The notes beneath the pieces are model-generated. The model did not search any database, was not told the DNA's origin, and saw nothing but the letters and a program-made list of their open reading frames with translations. The position numbers and the translations under genes are program-made. A stretch of DNA of 64,000 nt from Candidatus Daviesbacteria bacterium RIFCSPLOWO2_01_FULL_39_23 (lineage in GTDB: Bacteria; Patescibacteriota; Microgenomatia; Daviesbacterales; UBA10151). Location: assembly GCA_001776935.1 (NCBI GenBank), contig MFDN01000001.1, positions 165,449 to 229,448 of the forward strand. Reading direction: 5' to 3'. This document shows, piece by piece, positions 19,441 to 29,468 of this stretch (position 1 is its first letter; every line of letters begins with the position of its first letter).

Positions 19441-20367
19441 TTAAAAACCAAAAAGGTAATAATTATTTTTCAGTTGGAGAATTTCCTGATTATACCACTG
19501 CTTCTTTTTCATCTTTTTTCGGAAATCTGCAAAATATTTACGGTTATCTACTTTCCCAAAAAAAGCTTGATAACTAATGAGATGCGAATCCACTTTATCA
19601 ATAAGCGGATATATTTTTTTTCTAATAGGTAGAGGCGATTCGCTTAATGACCAGGTCGCGATAAATAATTTTTTTCCTTTCTTAGGGATAATTTTTTTAA
19701 CTTCATTAAGATTACTTTTGCAAAGTATTTTTGCTTTTTTTGACATATTGCTTGGATTAACATCAAGTCCATTCATTTTCAAAAAAAAGGCTTGAAGAGT
19801 CGAAAAAACCGGCAGATCGAATATAATATAATTTCCTTTAAACCCAAGGTTATGGATGAGTTGACACATGCTTCCGTACCCACCGCCAAATTCAAAAATA
19901 GAATCAAAATCTTCTATCCTCTGGCCGCTGATTTTTTCAAACCTGGCAATATGGTAAGCTTGATGTATTAAATTTCCGCTGCTGCCCGGATACAGTATAT
20001 ATGGTTCTGTTGGAACATAGTTGCTTTCTAATATTGTTTTTTTCCATTTATTCCAATTATTTATTCTAAGGTATAGGAATTCTTTTATGGTAAACAGGGC
20101 ATTACCGATAAACATAGTTTTTCTAATAACATTCCATTGCAAAAAGTTTTTAGGATTCTCTGAAAGTATCTGTTTTTTTAGCATTAAAATATTTCCTAAC
20201 CACTGATTATCAGTTAGCTTATTTTTTTTAGGAATAAAAATTGCCTTAGTATTTTTTCTTAATTCTTCTATCAGGAATTTCTCATCAGGATTATTTTTCA
20301 TCCGTAGATTATTGAAAGGGATTAAGCTCTTGCGGAAGAATAAATCAATATATTGGAATATAGACAT
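19441..20367 (-). CDS. Putative class-I SAM-dependent methyltransferase (sugar O-methyltransferase-like).
   Basis: The motif-I-like IFEFGGGYGSMCQLI is followed by an acidic beta-2 end (IIFDLPV). There is no other recognisable family signature, so this is a weak call. Confidence 0.35.
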   Translation of the reverse strand: MSIFQYIDLFFRKSLIPFNNLRMKNNPDEKFLIEELRKNTKAIFIPKKNKLTDNQWLGNILMLKKQILSENPKNFLQWNVIRKTMFIGNALFTIKEFLYLRINNWNKWKKTILESNYVPTEPYILYPGSSGNLIHQAYHIARFEKISGQRIEDFDSIFEFGGGYGSMCQLIHNLGFKGNYIIFDLPVFSTLQAFFLKMNGLDVNPSNMSKKAKILCKSNLNEVKKIIPKKGKKLFIATWSLSESPLPIRKKIYPLIDKVDSHLISYQAFFGKVDNRKYFADFRKKMKKKQWYNQEILQLKNNYYLFGF

Positions 20368-20488
20368 TTTACAGCGTCTTAAAAGGCAGAAAAAATTATA
20401 TTAATTTTTCAGGTTAAAGACAATGGGCAACAAGAGGGAATTTGTGGTAATCTGAAGGAGTTGAATTATAGCTTTAATTAAAGAGAGA

Positions 20489-21403
20489 TTAGGGGAATAA
20501 ATGATCGCCTTCGCCCCGAATATATTTCTTTTGACGGTCGAAAACAAAAAAAGGAATATTTCCTAAATAAGCAGCTAGAGAGCCAAAGGTGCTGTTTGAA
20601 CCAATAATTTCATTACACATGGATAAAGTGAGCAGGTCTTCTATCATAGAGCCAATGCCCAGTTTGATGTTTAAGCCTTTAAAAGGGTGTAAGCTTAACG
20701 GGCCATCTGAACAAATTACAAAGACCGTCTTTTTTGGATCTTTATGCCTTTTCTCTAAATAAGCCCTCAAGATGTTTGCGACTTCTTCTTCGTTAAAATA
20801 CCAGGTACCGTTCATGAAATCTTTACTTTTATAATCACCCTGACGGATATGAACCCCGATAAGATTATTTTTTCCGCCTATCTGTTTTATGAAATTTTCT
20901 GTTTTTTTTACAATCGCTTCTTTAGGTTGAAAAGCTTTGATAAGTTGTTTTCTGTACTTTTTAAGACCAACAGGGTTTCTAAAAGCCCAGCCATCCAAGT
21001 AAACTCTATTTTTTTCAAGCTCGATTTGTTTAAGGATATGGTTATGATTCCGATTTTTATCGGGAGAAGGCGGTAAAAAAAATATATTTTTTGGATCATC
21101 TTTTACAATTAACCCATTTTGAAAAAAAGTTATAGCATGGGTGAAAAAACGATAAAGAATATAAAATGTAGCATGTGATTTATAAAATTTAAATTTACTC
21201 AAAGAACTAAACAATTTTGAGAAAAAACCAGGAGCAGAAAAATTGAAGTGTTTATTATATGCATAAAAAGAAGGATTTATGCACATGTAATTTTTTTCCA
21301 GGCAATAGGCGTAAACACTGGTAAAAAGCAGAAGTTGATTGCCCAGCTGGCCGCCATTATGACGGAGGATAATGATTTGTTTGTTTTGGTTATATCGGGA
21401 CAT
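20489..21403 (-). CDS. GT11-like alpha-1,2-fucosyltransferase family glycosyltransferase.
   Basis: IGVHIRQGDY matches the GT11 HxRRGDY motif, and the C-terminal GSNSTFGSLAAYLG matches the GT11 motif-III region. 304 aa. Confidence 0.6.
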   Translation of the reverse strand: MSRYNQNKQIIILRHNGGQLGNQLLLFTSVYAYCLEKNYMCINPSFYAYNKHFNFSAPGFFSKLFSSLSKFKFYKSHATFYILYRFFTHAITFFQNGLIVKDDPKNIFFLPPSPDKNRNHNHILKQIELEKNRVYLDGWAFRNPVGLKKYRKQLIKAFQPKEAIVKKTENFIKQIGGKNNLIGVHIRQGDYKSKDFMNGTWYFNEEEVANILRAYLEKRHKDPKKTVFVICSDGPLSLHPFKGLNIKLGIGSMIEDLLTLSMCNEIIGSNSTFGSLAAYLGNIPFFVFDRQKKYIRGEGDHLFP

Positions 21404-21509
21404 ATGGTCTTTAATCTGATAATTAACTAGATTATATCGTACTTGTTACCATTTAAGAAGTAAGGTTGCAACGTTTATTTATTGCAAGGTTTTAGGTTAT
21501 AATCGTTTT

Positions 21510-22421
21510 GTGATTATTTATAGATATCTTATATTTCTTTTGTATGTATTAAATCACCCTTTCGCTAAAGGTCACAAATTAAGACTTTTTACAAAAATGA
21601 TTTGGTGGAAGATTAACAGAAGGTTTTTTAAATTACCCTGTATCGTGGAGTTGGTACACAATATTAAGATAATCTGCTATCCGAACGATTCTCTTTATAG
21701 TACCTTGATTGTTTATTTAATACTTCCTGAATATGGAGAAATGAAGTTTCTATTGGAAATTTTAAATAAGGATGACAATTTTATAGATATTGGAGCTAAT
21801 ATGGGCATTTATTCTTTATTGGCATCCTCAAAAATCGAGAAGGGAAGAATTTTTTCATTCGAGCCTTCTCCCAAGATTCTACCTCAGCTCTATGAAAATA
21901 TTGCCTTAAATAATAAAAAAAATTGCATTAGAGTAATAGAAAAAGCAGTATCCGGAAAAGAGGGATACATTAATTTTGATGTGAGTGATAGTCCGGATTA
22001 TAACCATATTGTTTATCCGAAAGAAGCTGAAGTTTCTTTCGCAGGTGATTCGGTCTTGCGTGTAGGAACTATTACTTTGGATAAATTTATTTCCGGCAAA
22101 AACATTAAAAATATTAAGCTGATAAAAATAGATGTTGAAGGGGCGGAACTCCTGGTTTTAAAAGGCTTACAGAAAACGCTTGAGGAGAAAAAGGTTGCTG
22201 CCTTAATTGTTGAGATAAGCAAATGGACAATTAGCCGGTTTGGCACGACAGTTGAAGAGATAGTTTATTTTCTTCGTAAATACGGGTTTGATATCTATAT
22301 GTTCGATAAGAATTTTAATCTAATTGAATTGTCATCAGGCAAAAACCAAGGTTGGAATATAATTGCCATACATAAGAGCAGGAATGATATTATTAAAAGG
22401 TTTAATAGGAATACTAAATGA
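21510..22421 (+). CDS. FkbM-family methyltransferase.
   Basis: FIDIGANMGIYSL (motif I) and IKLIKIDVEGAELLVLKG (the FkbM signature). The true start may be an internal Met. Confidence 0.7.
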   Translation: MIIYRYLIFLLYVLNHPFAKGHKLRLFTKMIWWKINRRFFKLPCIVELVHNIKIICYPNDSLYSTLIVYLILPEYGEMKFLLEILNKDDNFIDIGANMGIYSLLASSKIEKGRIFSFEPSPKILPQLYENIALNNKKNCIRVIEKAVSGKEGYINFDVSDSPDYNHIVYPKEAEVSFAGDSVLRVGTITLDKFISGKNIKNIKLIKIDVEGAELLVLKGLQKTLEEKKVAALIVEISKWTISRFGTTVEEIVYFLRKYGFDIYMFDKNFNLIELSSGKNQGWNIIAIHKSRNDIIKRFNRNTK

Positions 22422-24496
22422 AAAAACTGTTTTTATGCTACTTTGTTTTTCTGTTTAGCCTGCTATCGATTTTCTCAGCGGGAGTCATTGATTCAATTGA
22501 TGGGTTTCAATATCTAGTAGTTGCCAGAAGCATCTATTACAAAGGCGCACCGACTGCCCCTCCGTATGAATATTCTGAAAGGAAAAATATTCATATGTCA
22601 GTAGTAACAGGTAAGGACGGTAAAACTTACAGTTTAACTGGTCTGGGTTTTTCTCTGGCTTATCTTCCGGCAGTAGCTATAACAGATATTGTTTACAAAA
22701 TTTACGGCATTGATCCATCCGTGCATTTCCCTTTAGAAAATGACTGGCTAATATTTTTAACGGCTGGTTTTACCAATGCATTTTTCGGAGCTCTCTTAGG
22801 AATAATTTTATTTGCATATTTCTTGACATTGGGACTTAGTAAAAAACAGGCAATTTTGATGAGTATTATCTCAATAATTGCCACTAATTTATTTGTATAT
22901 ACCAAACATTCAATGGCTCATATGATGTTTGTTGCATTTTTAATGTTGTCTTTTTTATTGATCAAGTTTTATTCAATCAAAGGGAAGTGGTGGCTGATGT
23001 CTGCTTCGGGCTTATCTTTCGGTATACTTATGATTACTTATAACCCTACTTTTATTCTTGCAATTCCGCCATTGTTTTTATATTACATATTGCTGATTAA
23101 GCATCACTGGAATAAAGAATCTTTAAATTTGATACTTAAGGACATCTCGGTATTTTTTATCGGTTTATTTCCTTTTATATTAATATATAACTGGTTTGAA
23201 AGTTTAAGAACAGTTCAGCAAACTACAAATTTAGCTTTAATAGGTACAAGATATTTAGTTTATAAAGTGCCGTTGTCGGTTTTTTTTGAGGGAATTTATG
23301 GTCAATTATTAAGTCCCGGCAGAAGTATATTCATTTATTCTCCTGTACTGTTAATGATTATATTTTTCTGGCATAAGATACGAAAAAATGTTTATCCTGA
23401 GCTTTTCGCTTTTACTTTTTATTCTATAATTCTGGTAGCTTTTTATTCAAAAGCCTACACAATTGGAAGCCCTGATCAGGGAATTGCCGCCCTGTGGCAC
23501 GGGGAGTCGAGTTGGGGACCCAGATACCTGACTCCTGTGATACCTTTGGGCTTATTAGTAATAGCAGGTACATATAGATTTTTCTCAAAAAAAGTTAGAT
23601 ATTTTATATTCTATCCTTTAGTAGTAATTGGGATTTTTATAGAAATACTTGGAATATTAATGCCTTATCAGACTAAGTATTTTAATTTACAACGCAAATT
23701 TTACGTTAATAGTACCGAATACGGAGCTGCTCTTTATAGTGATCTTCTGCCCCGATACACCCCGATTCTTAATATGTCAAAAAATGTAGTAAATCTAGCC
23801 AAAAATTTTCCTAACACTTATGATCACGGAAAACATAATGTTAAATTTTATGATGGTATAGATTTTCCTTTTAACGTTGGACAGGAAAGATGGAGAGCAA
23901 TCGAGGGCAAAGGATATATTTCCTTTGATAACAACCAAAACGACTTTGTAGAGGAGTTAAGCTTTGGACTTATTAATCATCCTATAGCCGAATCCTCATC
24001 ATCTGCAAAACTGCAATTTGTATTAAACGATGTGAATCTTCTTGAAACTCCTCTTGAGTTGGGCATAACCGAGAGAAAAATAATTAAAATACCCCTTAGG
24101 AAAAATTTGGTGCAGCCAGAAGATAACAAGTTGGAAATTATAGTTAACTATGAAGACCCTGAGGTGCTTACTAAAACAAAACAGATTTTAGGGTTGCAAT
24201 CTTTTGATATTAACAGTCAGAGACAAAATCTGGAAAGTATTGATGTTCCTTATGTATCAGCACTCGGGCCTAAAATTGCCGGTGTGACCTATCAAAATTG
24301 GGGTGGAACAAACACAGATCCCTGGAAAGCCTGGGATATTCATACTCAGGTGTTTGAAAGATTGCCGGATTTTTGGTGGATAAGAAACTTATATTATTGG
24401 GATATACCAAAGGTGTGGATTGTGATTCCATTTATTTTAAATCTGGCTATATTTATCCTTGCCGCAATTAAATTGAAAAAGGAGGTAAGTCGTTGA
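22418..24496 (+). CDS. Polytopic membrane protein with a C-terminal extracytoplasmic domain, GT-C-like putative glycosyltransferase.
   Basis: 692 aa. About 12 TM helices in the first 440 aa are followed by a soluble domain of about 230 aa and a terminal TM helix. The architecture resembles GT-C enzymes, but I see no diagnostic motif. Confidence 0.45.
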   Translation: MKKLFLCYFVFLFSLLSIFSAGVIDSIDGFQYLVVARSIYYKGAPTAPPYEYSERKNIHMSVVTGKDGKTYSLTGLGFSLAYLPAVAITDIVYKIYGIDPSVHFPLENDWLIFLTAGFTNAFFGALLGIILFAYFLTLGLSKKQAILMSIISIIATNLFVYTKHSMAHMMFVAFLMLSFLLIKFYSIKGKWWLMSASGLSFGILMITYNPTFILAIPPLFLYYILLIKHHWNKESLNLILKDISVFFIGLFPFILIYNWFESLRTVQQTTNLALIGTRYLVYKVPLSVFFEGIYGQLLSPGRSIFIYSPVLLMIIFFWHKIRKNVYPELFAFTFYSIILVAFYSKAYTIGSPDQGIAALWHGESSWGPRYLTPVIPLGLLVIAGTYRFFSKKVRYFIFYPLVVIGIFIEILGILMPYQTKYFNLQRKFYVNSTEYGAALYSDLLPRYTPILNMSKNVVNLAKNFPNTYDHGKHNVKFYDGIDFPFNVGQERWRAIEGKGYISFDNNQNDFVEELSFGLINHPIAESSSSAKLQFVLNDVNLLETPLELGITERKIIKIPLRKNLVQPEDNKLEIIVNYEDPEVLTKTKQILGLQSFDINSQRQNLESIDVPYVSALGPKIAGVTYQNWGGTNTDPWKAWDIHTQVFERLPDFWWIRNLYYWDIPKVWIVIPFILNLAIFILAAIKLKKEVSR

Positions 24497-24534
24497 TAAA
24501 AGTTCTAAAAGACTATACAATGAATCTATAAAAT

Positions 24535-25854
24535 ATGATGAGAAGATCCGTTGGGGAAAAAATAGTATATGTGGGAATGTCAGCGGATTTTATACATCAT
24601 GGGCATATAAATATTATCTCGACAGCAAGAAAACTGGGAAAAGTGGTTGTCGGGCTTTTAACCGATGAGGCGATCGCAAGCTATAAAAGAGTTCCCATTC
24701 TGACTTTTGAGCAAAGAAAACAGATTATTGAGAATTTAGCCGGTGTTGATAAGGTTATTCCACAAAAAACCCTTGATTATGTCGAGAATCTGAAGAAAGT
24801 GAAACCTGATTTTGTAGTCCACGGAGATGATTGGAAAACAGGAGTGCAGCGGGAAACAAGAGAAAGAGTAATAAGAGTTTTAAAGGAATGGGGAGGTAAA
24901 TTGGTTGAGCCACGTTATACTTCAGGAATTTCTTCTACACAGCTTATTAATAGTTCAATTAGAGAAGGGGTTAGTCCATCTTATCGGATAAGAGAATTCC
25001 GTAGAATGCTCGAACTTAAGCCAATTGTCAGAATCATGGAAGCGCATAACGGATTAACTGGGCTTATAATAGAAAAGACTAATGTTCAAAGAAGAGGACG
25101 GCTGGTGACATTTGACGGTATGTGGGAGAGCAGCTTAACGGATTCTGCTTCAAAAGGAAAACCAGATACATCAGCTGTTGATGTAACGTCCAGACTGCAG
25201 ACAATAGAACAGATTTTAGAAGTAACGACAAAACCGCTTGTGGTGGATGGAGATAACGGAGGGGTGCCGGAGCACTTTGTTTTTACAGTTAAATCATTAG
25301 AGAGGCTGGGGGTATCAGCTGTTGTTATTGAAGATAAAATTGGGATTAAAAGAAATTCCCTTTTTGGAACTGATGTTGACCAGACCCAGGATTCAATAGA
25401 GGCTTTTTGTGAAAAAATTAACAGAGGTAAAAAAGCACAGGTCGAAACTGATTTTATGATTATAGCCCGTATTGAAAGTCTGATTTTAAAACAGGGGATA
25501 GCTGATGCTTTAAAAAGAGCGAAGAATTACATTAAAGCTGGAGCTGATGGGATATTAATACACAGCAAAGAAAAAACGCCGGATGAAATTTTTGAATTCT
25601 GCAAGGAATATCAGAAATTTGAGTATAAGGTGCCTCTTACTGTAGTTCCCTCAACATTCAGCAGTGTGAGAGAAGAGGAGTTTGAAAAAGCAGGTGTGAG
25701 GATGGTAATTTATGCAAATCAGCTTTTACGGAGTGCATATCCTGCCATGCAAAATACTGCAGAGCTGATATTAAAGAATGGGCGTGCTCAGGAGGCGGAT
25801 GAGTTGTGCTTGCCGATAGGGGAGGTTATAAAACTAATCCCTGATTCTCAATGA
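24535..25854 (+). CDS. Bifunctional cytidylyltransferase / phosphoenolpyruvate phosphomutase (Fom1-like CyTase-PepM fusion).
   Basis: The N-terminal HxGH nucleotidyltransferase domain ([10 protein letters not shown], TagD/GCT-like) is fused to an isocitrate-lyase-superfamily domain ([12 protein letters not shown]) that contains [12 protein letters not shown]. That matches EDKX5NS, the PepM-specific motif. Confidence 0.85.
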   Translation: MMRRSVGEKIVYVGMSADFIHHGHINIISTARKLGKVVVGLLTDEAIASYKRVPILTFEQRKQIIENLAGVDKVIPQKTLDYVENLKKVKPDFVVHGDDWKTGVQRETRERVIRVLKEWGGKLVEPRYTSGISSTQLINSSIREGVSPSYRIREFRRMLELKPIVRIMEAHNGLTGLIIEKTNVQRRGRLVTFDGMWESSLTDSASKGKPDTSAVDVTSRLQTIEQILEVTTKPLVVDGDNGGVPEHFVFTVKSLERLGVSAVVIEDKIGIKRNSLFGTDVDQTQDSIEAFCEKINRGKKAQVETDFMIIARIESLILKQGIADALKRAKNYIKAGADGILIHSKEKTPDEIFEFCKEYQKFEYKVPLTVVPSTFSSVREEEFEKAGVRMVIYANQLLRSAYPAMQNTAELILKNGRAQEADELCLPIGEVIKLIPDSQ

Positions 25855-26954
25855 TTAATTCCGAAGAATTTACCACTTGCTTAATTAAACATAATTTAGG
25901 ACTTGTTATTGAGGTTCCTTGTTCTTACCTGAAAGATATTCTTAATTACCTGAATCAAACAAAAAGGCTTGAAGTTATTAATCCGGTAAATGAGGCGCTG
26001 GTAATGGGAATTGCTTCCGGATATTATTTATCAACGGGAAAAATTCCCATTGTGGCCTTACAGAACTCAGGATTTATGAATACCCTGAATGCTTTAACAT
26101 CTTTAAATCAGCTGTATCAGATCCCTGTTTTTTACCTGATTACCTGGAGAGGGGAGCTGGGCCACGATGCGCCCGAACACGACATTACAGGGCTAAAAAT
26201 GGAAGAATACTTAAAAACTTTTGACCTGCCTTATGAAATTGTCAGTGAGTCAAAATATCAAAACCAAATTAGTAAACTTGCAGATATAGCAATAAAAACT
26301 AAAAAACCGGTTGCTTTAGTTATTAGAAAAGGTTCATTTGAAGCTTTCCCTTCTCTTTTAAAACCAGAGGAAAATTACTTTTCCAGATATGAAGCTATAA
26401 AACTGATTAAAGAAAGCTCGGGCGGGGCGCTTTGCATCTCATCTACAGGTTTTCCTTCAAGGGACTCATTTTCAGTTTTAGATTCACCGGATTTTTATAT
26501 GGTTGGTTCGATGGGGCATACATTTTCTATTGCACTGGGGATAGCTCCTAATACAAAAAAGAAAATAGTTGTGTTGGATGGTGAGGGATCGTCATTGATG
26601 CATCTGGGGGGTCTTGCTTCTTTTAATCCCGATAGGATTAAAAACATTAATTACTTTATCTTAGATAATGAAGGGTACGAGAGTACAGGGGGCCAACCAA
26701 CGGTTTCGCCTAATGTTAATTTTAAATTGCTTGCAAAATCGTTTAACTTTAAAAACATTTATGAGGTTTCAAAAGAAGCTGGATTAAAAGAGGTATTAAG
26801 GAAGTTAAAGACAGCAAAAGAATCATCATTTATCCACGTAAAGATAGTAAACAGTAGTCAGAAAGTATCCGAGAAAAGGGTTTCTGATAAATACACCTGT
26901 CCTCAAATTAAAGAGAGGTTTATGGAGAACTTCAAACGTGTTAAAAATCATTAA
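25851..26954 (+). CDS. Phosphonopyruvate decarboxylase (ThDP-dependent, fused alpha/beta form).
   Basis: 367 aa with a ThDP-binding GDG-like segment ([20 protein letters not shown]). It resembles the Ppd/sulfopyruvate decarboxylase (ComDE) family, overlaps the PepM fusion by 4 nt, and is followed by an iron alcohol dehydrogenase. Confidence 0.8.
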   Translation: MINSEEFTTCLIKHNLGLVIEVPCSYLKDILNYLNQTKRLEVINPVNEALVMGIASGYYLSTGKIPIVALQNSGFMNTLNALTSLNQLYQIPVFYLITWRGELGHDAPEHDITGLKMEEYLKTFDLPYEIVSESKYQNQISKLADIAIKTKKPVALVIRKGSFEAFPSLLKPEENYFSRYEAIKLIKESSGGALCISSTGFPSRDSFSVLDSPDFYMVGSMGHTFSIALGIAPNTKKKIVVLDGEGSSLMHLGGLASFNPDRIKNINYFILDNEGYESTGGQPTVSPNVNFKLLAKSFNFKNIYEVSKEAGLKEVLRKLKTAKESSFIHVKIVNSSQKVSEKRVSDKYTCPQIKERFMENFKRVKNH

Positions 26955-28074
26955 CCCCCAAAGAAAATCAAGTTACCAATTACCCACAAAAGTTTATTTT
27001 GGAAGAGGAGCTATCGATCTGTTCCCTGAAATAATTCAAGAAAGAAAATTTAAAAAATTACTTTTGGTGGCAGGGGAACATTTTAAAAAATCAAATAAAT
27101 TCAATGAAATTGTGCGGAAAATTAAAGATGTGAAAATTTATGAAAATGTAGTAAAAAGATGTGATTTTATAAATATTAATAAGCTTATCAAATTTTGCAG
27201 AGAGGATTCGTTTGATGCAATTGCAGCTATTGGAGGAGGAACGGTGTTGGATGCTGTAAAATGTGCTTCGGCCGTATCCGTCGATGGCTGTTTGGTAGAA
27301 GATTATTTGATTTCCAAGAAAAAAGAAGTTTCCAGGAAGGGTTTATCTTTTTTAGCAATTCCTACTACTGCCGGTACGGGCAGCGAGGTAACGCCATGGG
27401 CAACTGTTTGGGATAAAGGCAAGAAGTATTCTCTGGATTCGAAATATATTTTTCCCGAGGTAGCAATAGTTGACCCTGCTTTAACAGATTCGCTTTCAAA
27501 AAACCTTACGTCTGAACCTGGGATAGATGCTCTGTGTCAGGCGATCGAAGCTTATTGGAACATCCACAACAATGCTATCTCGGATAAATACGCCTTAGAA
27601 TCTATCAAAATAATTTTAATGAATCTGGAGCAGGCTGTTAATAACCCTGAGCCCAAAGTAAGAGATGCAATGGCTTGGGGCTCGCTTTTAGCAGGATTAG
27701 CTTTTTCTAATACAAGGACAACAATATGTCACGCTGTTTCTTATCCGATGACTGCTCATTGGAGTATTCCTCACGGACAAGCGACTTCAATTACTTTGCC
27801 GTTGTTTATTAAATATGTATTTCCCGTATTGTCAAAGGGAAAGCTGTCTAAAATTTTAAGCGCGATGAAGGTAAAAAATATTATAGAAGCATCACAAATA
27901 ATAAATGACCTTATGATTGGAATTGGATTAAAAACAAAATTTTCCGATTTGGGTATTACAAAAAAAGATGTAGATTTAATAGTTGAGGAAGGGTTCGATC
28001 CAAGCCGGTCAAAAAATACTCCAAAAGTTCCTTCCCCCTTGGAGCTAGAAGAAATGCTTTATAGTATTTTATAA
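26938..28074 (+). CDS. Group-III iron-containing alcohol dehydrogenase, predicted phosphonoacetaldehyde reductase (PhpC/FomC-like).
   Basis: Fe-ADH signatures: AIGGGTVLDAVK, AIPTTAGTGSEVT, and a His cluster (CHAVSYPMTAHWSIPHGQA). Its position right after PepM and Ppd mirrors 2-hydroxyethylphosphonate pathways. Confidence 0.7.
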   Translation: MLKIINPQRKSSYQLPTKVYFGRGAIDLFPEIIQERKFKKLLLVAGEHFKKSNKFNEIVRKIKDVKIYENVVKRCDFININKLIKFCREDSFDAIAAIGGGTVLDAVKCASAVSVDGCLVEDYLISKKKEVSRKGLSFLAIPTTAGTGSEVTPWATVWDKGKKYSLDSKYIFPEVAIVDPALTDSLSKNLTSEPGIDALCQAIEAYWNIHNNAISDKYALESIKIILMNLEQAVNNPEPKVRDAMAWGSLLAGLAFSNTRTTICHAVSYPMTAHWSIPHGQATSITLPLFIKYVFPVLSKGKLSKILSAMKVKNIIEASQIINDLMIGIGLKTKFSDLGITKKDVDLIVEEGFDPSRSKNTPKVPSPLELEEMLYSIL

Positions 28075-28088
28075 ATCTGTTTGCTAGA

Positions 28089-29468
28089 ATGATGTCTGGT
28101 ATGAAGCCTAATATGTGGAAAGAGACTTGCTTATTCTGTAAGGAAATAGTGCATCTATTTTTATATTGGATTGCCCATAGGATGCCTCTCAGTAATAGGA
28201 TTTGGATTTTCGGATCCTGGTTTGGTGAAACTTATAATGACAACAGCAAATATATATTTGAATACGTCAACGCAAATCTTCCAGATATTACCGCTGTATG
28301 GCTAAGCAGAAAAAAAGACATTGTTTTAAACGTGAGAAGGAGAGGATATAAGGCTTATTGTTTTTACAGCTTATCGGGAATTTGGTATGCCTTGCGGGCA
28401 GGTGTGGCAATATTTTGTGTTGGCTACACTGCAGATTTGCCGGGATTTTGCATATCAAATTCCAAAAAGTTAATTCAGTTATGGCATGGGATTGGTACAA
28501 AGAAAATAGGTGTAATGAATACAAAGCAAAAAGACACCAATAAAAAAATATATCCTTATATCCAAAATCCTTATCTAACGAAAATAATTCTACGCTTATC
28601 AAAAATATTATTTAACTCAACTGCAACCAAGATAAACCATTTAGTTTATAAATTAGAACTTTTTCAAAACTACACCTTTTTCCCTACGCTGTCTCCGAGT
28701 ACTAAAAAAATGGCAGTTGAATCATTTAATCTTCCGAATGAGAAGGTTATTATTACCGGGTCACCGAGGAACGACGGTCTTTTTGGCAATAAATTTATAA
28801 TCACCGGCAAAATTTCTAAAATCATCGAGGATGTCCACAATAGCAATGGTTTTATTGGTTTTTATATGCCTACTCATAGACAAGAAGGCGGTGAGGAGAT
28901 GCTGAAGGTAATTAATGATAATTTAAGATCATGTCAAAAAATGCTTGAAGAGAAAAATATTTATCTGTTTGTAAAATTGCATCAATTTCATCAATCTGAA
29001 TCAAGCTCTGAGCATTTTAAAAACATAATCTATGTCAGTAGTCAGGATTTAAATGATGACATATATCCATTCTTACCAAAGACTGATTTTTTGATAACTG
29101 ATTATTCAACCATTTATATTGATTATCTTTTAGTCAACAAGCCGGTTGTTTTTCTAAATTACGATCTTGAGAGATACACAGCTTTAGACAGAGAACTTTT
29201 TTTTCCTTATGAAGAGGTAACCCCCGGACCAAAAGTGTCTTCTTGGGAGCAGCTTATTCCAACACTGAGTAAACAACTTAAAAAAGATAACTATAAAAAG
29301 CAACGCCAAAAAATGAAAGAATTTTTTCATACATACCCTGATGGTAACAGTAGTAGGCGTATTGCAGAGAAGATTTACAATTCGTTTATAACCGCTTCGC
29401 CAAAACCACGTACTCTTAGTGCGTGGATGAAGGCCCGCTTCGCAAGCGAAGCGAGGCGAGCGAAGTAA
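28089..29468 (+). CDS. TagF/TagB-family CDP-alcohol (glycerophosphate-type) transferase-like protein.
   Basis: YMPTHRQEGG matches the TagF-family YxPTxR motif. Overall length and a C-terminal GT-B-like half (ITDYSTIYIDYLLVNKPVVFLNYDLERY) fit PF04464. The last 15 or so codons run into a GC-rich hairpin element. Confidence 0.75.
   Translation: MMSGMKPNMWKETCLFCKEIVHLFLYWIAHRMPLSNRIWIFGSWFGETYNDNSKYIFEYVNANLPDITAVWLSRKKDIVLNVRRRGYKAYCFYSLSGIWYALRAGVAIFCVGYTADLPGFCISNSKKLIQLWHGIGTKKIGVMNTKQKDTNKKIYPYIQNPYLTKIILRLSKILFNSTATKINHLVYKLELFQNYTFFPTLSPSTKKMAVESFNLPNEKVIITGSPRNDGLFGNKFIITGKISKIIEDVHNSNGFIGFYMPTHRQEGGEEMLKVINDNLRSCQKMLEEKNIYLFVKLHQFHQSESSSEHFKNIIYVSSQDLNDDIYPFLPKTDFLITDYSTIYIDYLLVNKPVVFLNYDLERYTALDRELFFPYEEVTPGPKVSSWEQLIPTLSKQLKKDNYKKQRQKMKEFFHTYPDGNSSRRIAEKIYNSFITASPKPRTLSAWMKARFASEARRAK

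Noticed and set aside
24535-28074. Fosfomycin or another phosphonate antibiotic cluster.
   Set aside because: The cobalamin/radical-SAM methyltransferase (Fom3), Fom4/HppE epoxidase, kinases and resistance genes are absent. The flanking genes are glycosyltransferases and a TagF-like transferase, which points to cell-surface decoration instead.
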